Shown: one piece after another, positions 25,196-34,937 of the stretch
Layout: the number at the start of each line of letters is the position of its first letter
Numbering within the stretch: the stretch's first letter is position 1
Source: an uncultured Clostridia bacterium
Lineage (GTDB): Bacteria; Bacillota; Clostridia; Oscillospirales; CAG-272
Reading direction: 5' to 3'
NCBI GenBank assembly: GCA_947625265.1
Contig: CANQNM010000002.1
Coordinates: 1-53,703 of the forward strand
DNA: 53,703 nucleotides
Position numbers and translations under genes: made by a program
Notes under the pieces: generated by a model
The model's database searches: none
Told to the model about the DNA's origin: nothing
The model's input: only the letters and a program-made list of their open reading frames with translations

Positions 25196-27963
25196 ATATT
25201 TTCTGCAAGGTGACACTAGAATCGCTGAAAAAAAACAGAACTCGCACGGCGGTCACGGTGATCGGAGTGATACTTTCGGCGTCGATGATTTGCGCGGTGA
25301 CTACCCTTGTTTCCAGCGCGCGCGACTGCCTTGTGCGGGGAGCCGTTTACAACGAGGGCGACTGGCACGGACAGGTGACCGATACCTCTTTTGGGACATA
25401 CGGGCAGATATCCGATTCTCGCAAAATTGAAAGTGCCATATGGTTTCAGCAGTTGGGTTATGCGCCGATACAGGGCGTTGAAAACGATCGAAAACCCTAT
25501 ATATACCTTTTAGGTTCCGGAGAGGGAGCGGAAAATTTGCTTCCTATCCATATTCTTTCAGGAAGGTACCCCATATCGCCGGATGAAATTGTGCTTCCCG
25601 AACACCTTTACACCGACGGCGCCGTCAGTTACAGTGTGGGCGATACGCTCACACTGACACTGGGAGAACGAATGCTTGACGGCGTCCGACTGAATCAGAG
25701 AACCAGTTTTCATAAGAAAACGGAGAATACGGACGGCGCCCAGGATATCGGTGGGGAACAAGAAGGAGAAACACTGAAGATTCAGGAAACTCGCACATAT
25801 ACGGTTGTGGGTTTTTACAAGCGTCTGGGATACAGCATTGAAGGATATTTCGCACCCGGCTATACCGCCTTTACCGTTGCAGATGAAGTTCCGCCCGAAA
25901 ACGGCACGTACGATGTGTATTTCAGGATGAAAAATCCAAAAGAAATCCGCGAATTTATGGAAGAAAAAAATCTGAACGGGTATTCTAACACCGAACTGCT
26001 GCGTTATTCCGGCGTTTTCCAATACAGCACTTTTGAGAAAACGCTGTACAGTCTTGCGGGCATCGTGATCGGACTGATCATGTTCGGCTCCGTTTCTCTG
26101 ATCTACAATGCGTTTTCCATTTCTGTGTCGGAACGCACAAAACTGTTTGGACTGCTCTCCTCGGTTGGCGCGACCAAAAGACAACTCAAAGACATGGTGC
26201 TCTTTGAAGCGCTTGTCGTGAGTGCGGTAGGAATTCCGACGGGAATTTTGTGCGGAATCGGGGGAATTGGAATCACACTGCTGTTTGTGGGCCGCAAATT
26301 TGTAGATATGGGGTTGTTTTCCGTGGAAATGAAACTGTCTGTGTCACCACTCTCCATTGCGGCGGCCGCTTTTGTGGCGTTGATCACCGTGCTGATTTCA
26401 GCGAGAATTCCTTCCAAACGGGCTACGCAATTTTCGGCCGTGGAGGCAATCCGTGAAAACCGGGATATCAGGGTCGGGAGAAACTCCCGTAGAAACGCAA
26501 AATATTACGGATGGTCCTGTGGGTTTTTCGGATTTCCCGGCGCGCTTGCCCGCAAATACTATAAGCGCAGCCGAAAAAAATATAGGGCCACAGTGCTTAG
26601 TCTGTTCATGAGCGTCGTGCTCTTTGTTTCAACGTCGTCTTTTTCCGATTATCTTTCGGAAGCCATGGACGGAGGATCGTCGGTGGGCGCCTACGATTTA
26701 TTTTTTGAAAGGGCCGGGGAATTTTTTTCAGATTCCTCTCCCGAGGAACTTCTGGAACTTTTAAAAAGGGAGCAGAGCGTTACAGGCGTTGCCTTTGAAC
26801 AGAGAATTTACGTTTCCGGCCAAACCGATTCCAGATATCTGGACAAGGACTACCTCGTGAAACTGGAGAGCGAAGAGGGGTCCCCACGGGGGGAAGAGGT
26901 TCAAAATGACCGAACGACGGAGGGCTATGCGGTTTCTTTACCGATAATGGTATGTTTCATTGATAATGGGGAGTTCCAAAAACTTCTTGATCAAAATCAT
27001 CTGGATTCGTCTCTTTTCACCGACCGGAACAAGCCTTTGGCTGTTGCTATTGACCGGACGCGCTATTTTAACGAAAACACCGAACGATATGAGCAGTTGA
27101 ATTTTCTGTCCTCAGATGATTTTGAATTCTGTGCGCTTTTTCACAAGATTGTGCGTGGATACACCTATTTTGGCGAATTTGAAGACGGGGAGGGCAACCG
27201 TATATGCCGCTACGCGCAATATGGAGAAGGCGGGGAGGGAGTGCCTGAACGGTATCTGGATCTTCCGTATGAGGAGGCCACCGAAAGGTATCTGCTGAAA
27301 TCGGGAAAAACGGTATACGACAAACCCTTCTTTTATGACGGGTATACTGGGTTGACGCTGATTTACCCCCAAAGTGTGAAAACGGCGGTATTCCCCGAAG
27401 AGCGGTTTGAGGATTCTTCTTACAGGTATTTTCTCACGTCGAGGAATCATAACGAAAGTTATGACGCCGTCAGAGACATCCTGCTTCAAAACGGTTACGG
27501 CGGGCAATATATCATAGACTATGCCGCGACAGTGGAGCAGGACCGGAACACGGTGACCCTGATCCGAGTGTTTACTTACGGATTTGTGGTGCTCATCTCG
27601 CTTGTCGCCGTGGCAAATGTTTTCAACACCGTTACCACCAACATCAATCTGCGCCGCAGGGAACTTGCCATGCTGAAGTCGGTGGGAATGGGCAGAAAAG
27701 AACTGTATGGGATGATGCGTTTTGAATGTATACTGTACGGGTCAAGGGCTTTGCTTTGGGGATTGCCTGTCTCGGCTTTTGTGTCATATCTCATTCACCG
27801 GGCGGTTGGGAACGGGTTCGATACCGGATTCCGACTTCCTGTTGGCGCCATGGGAGCGGCGGCGGTGGGAGTGTTTCTTGTGGTGTTTGGCTCCATGCTC
27901 TTTGCCGTTTCCAAAATCAAAAAGGACAATCCTATAGACGCGCTGAAAAATGAAAATCTATGA
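25192..27963 (+). CDS. ABC transporter permease with two FtsX domains and large extracytoplasmic regions
   Basis: 923 aa. N-terminal TM, an FtsX-like 4-TM block near residues 290-410 and a second at the C-terminus. GTGA overlap with the ATPase gene. Confidence 0.85.
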   Translation: MNIFCKVTLESLKKNRTRTAVTVIGVILSASMICAVTTLVSSARDCLVRGAVYNEGDWHGQVTDTSFGTYGQISDSRKIESAIWFQQLGYAPIQGVENDRKPYIYLLGSGEGAENLLPIHILSGRYPISPDEIVLPEHLYTDGAVSYSVGDTLTLTLGERMLDGVRLNQRTSFHKKTENTDGAQDIGGEQEGETLKIQETRTYTVVGFYKRLGYSIEGYFAPGYTAFTVADEVPPENGTYDVYFRMKNPKEIREFMEEKNLNGYSNTELLRYSGVFQYSTFEKTLYSLAGIVIGLIMFGSVSLIYNAFSISVSERTKLFGLLSSVGATKRQLKDMVLFEALVVSAVGIPTGILCGIGGIGITLLFVGRKFVDMGLFSVEMKLSVSPLSIAAAAFVALITVLISARIPSKRATQFSAVEAIRENRDIRVGRNSRRNAKYYGWSCGFFGFPGALARKYYKRSRKKYRATVLSLFMSVVLFVSTSSFSDYLSEAMDGGSSVGAYDLFFERAGEFFSDSSPEELLELLKREQSVTGVAFEQRIYVSGQTDSRYLDKDYLVKLESEEGSPRGEEVQNDRTTEGYAVSLPIMVCFIDNGEFQKLLDQNHLDSSLFTDRNKPLAVAIDRTRYFNENTERYEQLNFLSSDDFEFCALFHKIVRGYTYFGEFEDGEGNRICRYAQYGEGGEGVPERYLDLPYEEATERYLLKSGKTVYDKPFFYDGYTGLTLIYPQSVKTAVFPEERFEDSSYRYFLTSRNHNESYDAVRDILLQNGYGGQYIIDYAATVEQDRNTVTLIRVFTYGFVVLISLVAVANVFNTVTTNINLRRRELAMLKSVGMGRKELYGMMRFECILYGSRALLWGLPVSAFVSYLIHRAVGNGFDTGFRLPVGAMGAAAVGVFLVVFGSMLFAVSKIKKDNPIDALKNENL

Positions 27964-28022
27964 AATGCCCAATTCGAAAAAAATTTCTGGGGCATAACGC
28001 ACATTGGAAGGAGAAAACGGTC

Positions 28023-28751
28023 ATGCATACCGCCAAAACCAAGAACAGAAGGATCTTTTGGTGTGTCTTTTTTTCTGTGTTTTTCTGTCTGGTGCTTGCT
28101 TGCGTGGGAGCGGCGTTTAGAATCAACGAAAGCGTAAAAAATCTGGGCAAAAGCAGGACGATTTCTGTAGAGGATGCAGTAAAAATGAAGAATATCGACT
28201 GCATTCTGGTTTTGGGATGTCTGGTACGGGACGACGGTACGCCCAGTGACATGCTGCGGGACAGATTGAACACAGGCGTTACGCTGTACAACCTGGGTGC
28301 GTCGTCCAAACTTCTGATGAGCGGGGATCACGGACGGGAGGAATACAACGAGGTGGGCGCCATGAAGGACTACGCCGTTGACGCAGGTGTTCCCTCTTCC
28401 GACGTTTTCATGGATCACGCGGGCTTTTCCACCTATGAGAGCGTCTACCGGGCAAAGAATGTTTTTAAGGCAAAAAAAATTCTTGTGGTGACTCAGGAGT
28501 ATCATCTTTACAGGGCGCTGTATATTGCCGAAAAACTCGGTTTGGAGGCCTATGGGGTTGCCTCCGACCGATACACCTATGTGGGGCAGTCTGCAAGGGA
28601 TTTCCGGGAGTTTCTTGCGCGTGTCAAAGACTTTTTCACTGTGGCGTTTGAACCCGTTCCCCCCGATTCTGAAGTCTCTATTCCCATTTTTGGAGATGGA
28701 AACGACACAAACGATCGCCGGACAGAACTCTCTGTCCGGCGACCGTTATAA
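28023..28751 (+). CDS. SanA/YdcF (DUF218) family protein
   Basis: N-terminal TM, then CILVLGCLVRDDGTPSDMLRDRL...LMSGDHG, typical of SanA. GGAAGGAG RBS before ATG 28023. Confidence 0.8.
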   Translation: MHTAKTKNRRIFWCVFFSVFFCLVLACVGAAFRINESVKNLGKSRTISVEDAVKMKNIDCILVLGCLVRDDGTPSDMLRDRLNTGVTLYNLGASSKLLMSGDHGREEYNEVGAMKDYAVDAGVPSSDVFMDHAGFSTYESVYRAKNVFKAKKILVVTQEYHLYRALYIAEKLGLEAYGVASDRYTYVGQSARDFREFLARVKDFFTVAFEPVPPDSEVSIPIFGDGNDTNDRRTELSVRRPL

Positions 28752-28792
28752 TGTTATAATTTTATTTTACGGATTTATTTTACAGGTTTATT

Positions 28793-29548
28793 TTACGGGG
28801 CAGTTGAACCCGGATGGTTCTTTTCCGGCGGTTTTCTTACCGCTTTGGGCACAGAGGGGCTTATGCCATCCTTGGAATTCTTTACGTCCTCCGGAAGATG
28901 GCTCTCAAGATATTCCGAACAGGCGGAGATCACTTCGCATGCTTTGTGATACTCGCTCCGGTTGAAGTGCCGTCGCCTGTTGAAGGCATTTACATAATCA
29001 AAAAGGGTGGCGACAGTGAGGCATTCGGGGTAGTCAGTGGTATAGTCCACCAGATCTGCCGAAAACACCACCGCCCTTGTGACCGAGGGATTTAGAAGAT
29101 TTTCTGAAACCAGAAGTTTCTCCACTACCGAGGAAAAGAACGACATTCGGTCAAAGGGATTGGCCTTTTGCAGGGTAATGGTTTCCTTTTGCGTGTTGAT
29201 ATAGCGATAACGCCATGCGCCGATCTTTGGATTGTCGTATACGCCGATATCGGGGAAAACCGTTAGAAGCAACACTCCGCCGCGGCTGATATATACCACA
29301 TCGCAGGCGCATTTCAGTCCCTGTTCGGCCGCCGATTCCTTGAGAAGATAGACGTTGCGGTACACGGTAGCATTGGGGAAACGCTCGCAGAGCAGATCGC
29401 AAATGTGTTCGGCGCCCCGTTCTTTTCTTTTTCTCAGCGCGTTGATTGAAAGAATGGCGATGATTTCACGCAGAAGCAGGAAGGTAAGGATCCCTGCCGC
29501 CAAGCAAAGAAAAACGATAAAATATATCGAACCGAAAAATTTCATCAT
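28793..29548 (-). CDS. Membrane-anchored NERD-like domain protein with degenerate catalytic residues
   Basis: 251 aa. N-terminal TM. The core CDVVYISRGGVLLLTVFPDIG...W...NPF...VVF follows the NERD pattern, but the E-x-K position reads T-V-F. ATGA overlap with the ACP gene. Confidence 0.5.
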   Translation of the reverse strand: MMKFFGSIYFIVFLCLAAGILTFLLLREIIAILSINALRKRKERGAEHICDLLCERFPNATVYRNVYLLKESAAEQGLKCACDVVYISRGGVLLLTVFPDIGVYDNPKIGAWRYRYINTQKETITLQKANPFDRMSFFSSVVEKLLVSENLLNPSVTRAVVFSADLVDYTTDYPECLTVATLFDYVNAFNRRRHFNRSEYHKACEVISACSEYLESHLPEDVKNSKDGISPSVPKAVRKPPEKNHPGSTAP

Positions 29549-29781
29549 TCTTTCACAATGCCCTCAAGGTAGGTCACGACATCTCCTACGGTTACAAAAC
29601 TGCGATATGCGCTGTCGTCGATTTCCAGATTGAATTCTTCCTCACATGTCAGCACCAGATCCGCCAGTTCCAGAGAATTGATTCCCAGATCGTTGACCAA
29701 TTCAGATTCGGGCTTTATCTCCTTTTCATCAATTTGAAGATTGGCTACAAGAACATTCTTGACTCTTTCGTACATACTCAT
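29545..29781 (-). CDS. Acyl carrier protein-like (phosphopantetheine carrier)
   Basis: 78 aa and acidic. Attachment-site-like motif DLGINSLELADLV (Asn replaces the usual Asp before Ser). Confidence 0.8.
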   Translation of the reverse strand: MSMYERVKNVLVANLQIDEKEIKPESELVNDLGINSLELADLVLTCEEEFNLEIDDSAYRSFVTVGDVVTYLEGIVKE

Positions 29782-29950
29782 GCGTCGATCTCTCCTTTTT
29801 GCGCTTTTATTTCTACTTGGTGTATATGCATGCGTGTCGGCGTTTTATGCCTGTCGGACAGTTTTGCGCGTTCATGCGGTTCTATGCGTCCACGCGCTTC
29901 CGCGTTTCTGCATTCCTGCGCTTCTGAATCTTACGGTACGCGATCGTTTT

Positions 29951-31663
29951 TCAAACTTTGTACCGTTTGATTTTGCGGCTGGTGGTTTTCTCGAATTCGG
30001 TCTTTCGAATTTCCAGTCCGCGCATTTGTTTGTATTGAGGCAACGTGCGGTTGATGGCATTCAGTTCTTCCCTGATCTTTTTTTCAATCTCTTCGTCGCT
30101 CAGTCCCGTCAATTTTTCATAGTCGGGGTAGACGACCGCGGTGATCAGCGGTTCTGCGTCGGGTTGCTCTCTGCCCACGACGACGCTTTCAAGAAAGAGC
30201 GGACACTTCGCAAGGTGTTCTTCCAATTCCTCTGGGAAAATATTCTTGCCGTTGCTGAGGATGATGACATTCTTCTTCCTTCCGGTGATATAGATGTATC
30301 CGTCTTTATCCAGATATCCGATATCCCCTGTGCGGAAGTATCCGTCCTCGGTAAATGCTTCCTTGGTGGCTTCTTCATTCTTAAAATATCCTAGCATCAC
30401 ATTGGCGCCCTTGGCGAGAATTTCTCCCGTCTTGTCTTTGGGATGTTCCTTTTCGATGCGCACCTGAACGCCGCGGACTGCGGGCCCTACCGATCCCACT
30501 TTATTTTTGTTGATGGGGTTGGCGGCGAGTAACGGAGAACACTCGGTGATGCCGTATCCCTCCTGAATTTCAATCCCGATGCTGCGGAAATCTCTGATGC
30601 ACTGGGGGTTCAGTTTGGCTCCTCCACAGACAATGGCGTCCAGCCTTCCGCCGTAATTTTCGAGAAGTTCTCCGAAGAACTCTTTGCGTTTGTCAACGCC
30701 CACCGCCAGAAGTGCGTCGCTGAGTTTCATGGCCGCGCGAACTTTCTTTTCCATGCCCCTCTTGCGGATCTCCTCCCACATCTTTTTGTGCATGGTTTCC
30801 ACAAACAGCGGCACCATGATCATGTAGGTCGGCTTGTATTTCTTGATATTTTTGGAGACATACTTGATGCTTTCGTTGATGGCGACGGTAGCGCCGTAAA
30901 AATGAGCGGTGAGATGTCCCGTGGTCACTTCATAGGTGTGGTGCATGGGGAGAACCGAGAGAAGGGTGGTGAAATCGCCCAATTGATCGATAACATCGGC
31001 GGAATCCATGGCGGAAGAAACGAGGTTTCTCTGGGAGAGCATGACGCCCTTGCTTGATCCGGTGGTTCCAGAGGTAAAAATGATGGCGCAGCATTTGTCA
31101 AGATCCTGCGGGCAGGTTTCAAAAAAGTCGTCGCCTTCTTCCACTGCTCTTTTGCCCTCGGCAATAAATTCCTCAAGCGGAGTAATCCTTTGCGTTTCTT
31201 CCTCCTCTTTGCCGGGATGTGCCGAGAGGAAGAGCAGTTTTTCGTACTTTTCGGAAAGCGTGCGCATACGGGAATTCTGTGCCTCGGTATAGACCACTGC
31301 CACAGCCTCGGAAAGCGTCAGAAAATTTTCAAGTTCTTCATCGGAAATATCTTTGTCTAACGGCACAATCACACCGCCGGTGATAACCGTCGCATAGTAA
31401 GCCGTCATGTAGCAGGGGTCGCTGTCGCCGATAACCACCACGTGTTTTCCCGACAATCCTCGCAGCCGGAGCGCAGTGCCGAACGCCCGTATGTTGTCAT
31501 AAAAATCGGCGTAGGTGAGGGCATAATCCTGCCGGTGGCGGGTATACACATAGACATTCTTGTCCCTCTGTACCCGTTCTACAGTTTTTTTCAGTGAAGA
31601 TCTGAAATCCACCATGGGTTCGGCGTCAATGAGCGGATTTCTCGTATATTTGAATCGTTTCAT
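29951..31663 (-). CDS. AMP-dependent synthetase/ligase (FadD-like long-chain acyl-CoA/ACP ligase)
   Basis: AMP-binding motif IIFTSGTTGSSKGVMLS, plus GYGITE, TGDIGYLD and PSGKI-like SRKIKR. GGAGAG RBS before ATG 31663 (the ORF is open to 31717). Confidence 0.88.
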   Translation of the reverse strand: MKRFKYTRNPLIDAEPMVDFRSSLKKTVERVQRDKNVYVYTRHRQDYALTYADFYDNIRAFGTALRLRGLSGKHVVVIGDSDPCYMTAYYATVITGGVIVPLDKDISDEELENFLTLSEAVAVVYTEAQNSRMRTLSEKYEKLLFLSAHPGKEEEETQRITPLEEFIAEGKRAVEEGDDFFETCPQDLDKCCAIIFTSGTTGSSKGVMLSQRNLVSSAMDSADVIDQLGDFTTLLSVLPMHHTYEVTTGHLTAHFYGATVAINESIKYVSKNIKKYKPTYMIMVPLFVETMHKKMWEEIRKRGMEKKVRAAMKLSDALLAVGVDKRKEFFGELLENYGGRLDAIVCGGAKLNPQCIRDFRSIGIEIQEGYGITECSPLLAANPINKNKVGSVGPAVRGVQVRIEKEHPKDKTGEILAKGANVMLGYFKNEEATKEAFTEDGYFRTGDIGYLDKDGYIYITGRKKNVIILSNGKNIFPEELEEHLAKCPLFLESVVVGREQPDAEPLITAVVYPDYEKLTGLSDEEIEKKIREELNAINRTLPQYKQMRGLEIRKTEFEKTTSRKIKRYKV

Positions 31664-31985
31664 CGCAACACTCTCCTTCAAAACCAATGGTACATGGTCT
31701 TTCGGTTTGGAATTCATGAAACCGCACGGTTCGGTGTTTCAAGTATCCTGCCACATTCTGTCCGAACGTCTTGCGTTTCAGGACGAACTATATTTCACGT
31801 CATTATATCACTTTGGACATAAGTTTGTCAAGCAAATTCCGTATTTGCCGAAAAAATACTTGCAAAGTGTAAAAAAAGGTGTATAATGTATGCGGGAGCG
31901 TGCCAAGTCCGTAAGAACTGCTTAAAAGTCTTTCTCGGTTTCAAGTGCGTGACCGTTTTTCAGTCAAACGGGAGGAACATACGTC

Positions 31986-32768
31986 TTGAAAGATGGAAAG
32001 AAAAGCGCAAACGACAGAGATTTGCCGGCGAAAGCGTGCATAGAGAACCAACCCCCTCAGCCGGAGTTTTCAGAAAAAGATCTCTCGAACACACCCGAAA
32101 TTCGAAAGAGAAAGAAAAAACGGGCGGTGATTTTCGGCACGGTGATTCTGGTGCTTCTGGTGGTGACAACGGCACTTTCAAGTGTCGATTATAACAGACT
32201 GTTTGAAAAAATCGCTGAAAAGGACAGAACCGATGTGGTATATTTTCCCCCGGAGTACGGAGCGGATATTTTCGAAAACGAGGAGTATATGTCGCACGTG
32301 GGAAGCGACATGGCGGTCAGAATCAGGGCGGACGGAATTGCTGAATATACCTATCCCTTCTCGGATCTTGAAACGGCAAGACAGGCTTTCGGAGAATTGG
32401 AGAACTACGGCTACGGCGCGGGAGTGCTGGGGAGATATTTTTGCGCCCTGCTGAGCGGCTGTATTTCGGAGAGGGAACTGAGAGCGTTTTACGACCTCTT
32501 TTCCGAGGAATATGAAAATGAATTGCCCATCTCTTTCCCTCCGCAGAAAATCTACGGCATCAAGGTGGAATATTGGGGAAAATACGAGTATGAGGACAGA
32601 CTGACCGACCGATGGCGGGTGAGTTATGAGATCGTGCGTAACGACGGAACGGTGTTGAACTTCAACGACAGCCGGGACGGGGGAGAGGCGTGGTTTCTTT
32701 TGGAGGAATCTTCCGAGGGCAATTACAGAATTTCTGTGATCAACGGGATCCGAAACAGGGGCGCGTGA
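31986..32768 (+). CDS. Hypothetical membrane-anchored protein
   Basis: 260 aa, TTG start with a GGGAGG RBS. Basic N-terminus, one TM (VIFGTVILVLLVVTTAL), then a globular acidic domain. I recognise no family. Confidence 0.6.
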   Translation: MKDGKKSANDRDLPAKACIENQPPQPEFSEKDLSNTPEIRKRKKKRAVIFGTVILVLLVVTTALSSVDYNRLFEKIAEKDRTDVVYFPPEYGADIFENEEYMSHVGSDMAVRIRADGIAEYTYPFSDLETARQAFGELENYGYGAGVLGRYFCALLSGCISERELRAFYDLFSEEYENELPISFPPQKIYGIKVEYWGKYEYEDRLTDRWRVSYEIVRNDGTVLNFNDSRDGGEAWFLLEESSEGNYRISVINGIRNRGA

Positions 32769-32819
32769 AGATTGCAATTTGAAAGTATAAAAAAGCAAAC
32801 ATCAGAACCTGTTCAAAGT

Positions 32820-32856
32820 AAAACGGTGCTGGGAAGCAATGCCTGTCACCGTTTTA
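32820..32856 (+). terminator. Possible intrinsic terminator
   Basis: AAACGGTG-17 nt-CACCGTTT followed by TA. Confidence 0.4.
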
Positions 32857-33492
32857 TGTATAAATAAATATGAGGAAAACGATAAAAAATCATAATGGGT
32901 GTTCTCATAAAAAATCCACTGAAAATACCGATCTGATTTGATTTTGAAGCACTATACATGCCCAATCATGAGTGCACAACGTTTTAAAGGGAGAAAACCG
33001 CTTGGATCAGGATAAAGTTATCCCCAATGTAAAGCCGATATTCTGTTTCTGCCGCAACAGACTGAGCAACCGCCATGACGCAGAGAATCCGGCAGGAGAA
33101 ATACCTTGTAAAGTGTTCCCGGTTAGAAAATTGACGGATATCCTTTAAAGATACGGTACGTCCTTTCATCGGTACCGCACCGTATTCTTCCATACCGTAT
33201 CCCTGCATAGATACTTTTTTATTCGGTCTCTTAAAAGCAAAATCTTTTTTGAAAAGGTTGGACAAGTCCACCGATATAAACCCGAAAAGCAATGCCGGAC
33301 CGTTATAACGTAGGCAATCGGGCGAAAGCGGGGCCAAGAGAGAAGAGAACTATTCAGAAAGACACGGCGGGAAGGAAAGAGAACTGTTTATAAACCCGTG
33401 CCGCGCAGGAAAGCACGGTCGGGCGAAAGACGCGCAAAAAAACGGAATCGTTCCAAAAAAGCCGAAAAACTTCAAAAAAGAAGAAAAAACTA

Positions 33493-33521
33493 TTGACAAA
33501 TGGGGAAATGCGTGGTAAAAT
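33493..33521 (+). promoter_or_regulatory. Promoter of rpmG-secE-nusG
   Basis: TTGACA, 17 nt, TGg-TAAAAT. Confidence 0.65.
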
Positions 33522-33635
33522 AACCCTACCTCTGCGGTGAGGTCTTTTTTTGTGTTCCTATTTTAAACATGAAAAGCCGCAGAGGGAGGTAGAAAACTCT
33601 GGAAGATTTCTTCCAAATTTACAGGAGGTGCCGAA

Positions 33636-33785
33636 ATGCGAGTAAAAATCACTCTGGTTTGCAGTGAATGCAAGCAAAGGAATTATGATACGAAGAAAAA
33701 CAAGAAAAATGACCCGGACAGACTTGAGATGAACAAGTATTGCCGGTTCTGTCGCAAACATACGCTCCACAAAGAGAGCAAGTGA
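33636..33785 (+). CDS. rpmG: 50S ribosomal protein L33
   Basis: 49-aa ORF missing from the supplied track (under 60 aa): [58 protein letters not shown]. Canonical position before secE. Confidence 0.92.
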   Translation: MRVKITLVCSECKQRNYDTKKNKKNDPDRLEMNKYCRFCRKHTLHKESK

Positions 33786-33795
33786 GGAGGCAGCG

Positions 33796-34146
33796 ATGGC
33801 AGGCAAGACAGAAAAGTTAAAAAAGAACGCTGATACCGAGTCGGTGACCGCGACCTCCGATGGGAATAAGACCGCCCAGAAGGAAACGAAGCCGAAACAG
33901 AAGAAGCCGAACGCTTTTGCAAAATTTTTTAAGAGGATCGGAAAATTTTTTAAGGAATGCAGCCTTGAATTGAAGAAAATCGTTTGGGCGACGCCTTCGT
34001 CTACTCTGAAAAACACGGTGATGGTTACGGTGGCGATCGTGGTGTTCACGGCGGCGGTGTTCGGATTAGACTGGCTGTTCCGCGACGTGCTCTTAAAATA
34101 CCTGGGGAAGGTTCCGCTGCTTATTGAGAACCTGTTTTGGGGTTAA
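33796..34146 (+). CDS. secE: Preprotein translocase subunit SecE (with N-terminal extension)
   Basis: C-terminal ...ELKKIVWATPSSTLKNTVMVTVAIVVFTAAVFGLDWLF is SecE-like. Synteny rpmG-secE-nusG. Confidence 0.88.
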   Translation: MAGKTEKLKKNADTESVTATSDGNKTAQKETKPKQKKPNAFAKFFKRIGKFFKECSLELKKIVWATPSSTLKNTVMVTVAIVVFTAAVFGLDWLFRDVLLKYLGKVPLLIENLFWG

Positions 34147-34168
34147 GAATCGCTGACGGAGATGGAAC

Positions 34169-34711
34169 ATGGCTGAAAACAGTTTTGAAAATTTAGGCCC
34201 TCGCTGGTATGTGGCGCACACCTATACCGGATATGAGAACAAAGTGAAGGCGAATTTAGAAAAAATTGTAGAAAACCGCAATATGGGGCATATGATTTTT
34301 GACGTTCGCATCCCTGTTGAAACAGTTGTGGAGAATATTGGCGGCAAGGAGAAGGAGATCGAGGTCAAGTTATATCCCAGTTATGTTTTCGTCAAAATGT
34401 GCATGACGGACGAGACTTGGCACATCGTGCGAAACATCAGCGGTGTGACGGGTTTTGTGGGGCCCGGGAGCAAACCCGTTCCTCTGGAAGACGGAGAAGT
34501 AGAAAACATGGGCATTGAAAGCAGGACGGTGGAGTTGAATTATTCCGTCGGCGACAGTGTGCGCATGGTTTCCGGTGCGCTTACGGGTTTTGTGGGCGTA
34601 GTTAAGGAGATTTCCGAAGACAAAAAAAAGATCATGGTGTTGGCGTCTATGTTCGGCAGGGAAACGCCGGTAGAGTTGGATGCCGATTCCGTAGAAAAAT
34701 TGGAGATCTAA
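34169..34711 (+). CDS. nusG: Transcription termination/antitermination factor NusG
   Basis: WYVAHTYTGYENKVKANLE N-terminal domain, KOW domain at the C-terminus, 180 aa. Confidence 0.93.
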   Translation: MAENSFENLGPRWYVAHTYTGYENKVKANLEKIVENRNMGHMIFDVRIPVETVVENIGGKEKEIEVKLYPSYVFVKMCMTDETWHIVRNISGVTGFVGPGSKPVPLEDGEVENMGIESRTVELNYSVGDSVRMVSGALTGFVGVVKEISEDKKKIMVLASMFGRETPVELDADSVEKLEI

Positions 34712-34937
34712 GATCTAAGAGGATTGGGACATTGGAGTTCGCGTTCGTTGGGTCGTATGGCGCGCGGTGTGCCATGCGTGTAAGGCAACGCAGGCTCAGG
34801 GCGCACGTTTGCTGGGTCGGGACTGTTTGAGTTCAGATTTAAGGTTAAAGACATGCTTTAGAGTGCGGCAACGCACCGGTGGGAGAGGGAAAATTTTTTG
34901 AATCCCTCATAGGAACCACATTTGGAGGTATATTTTT

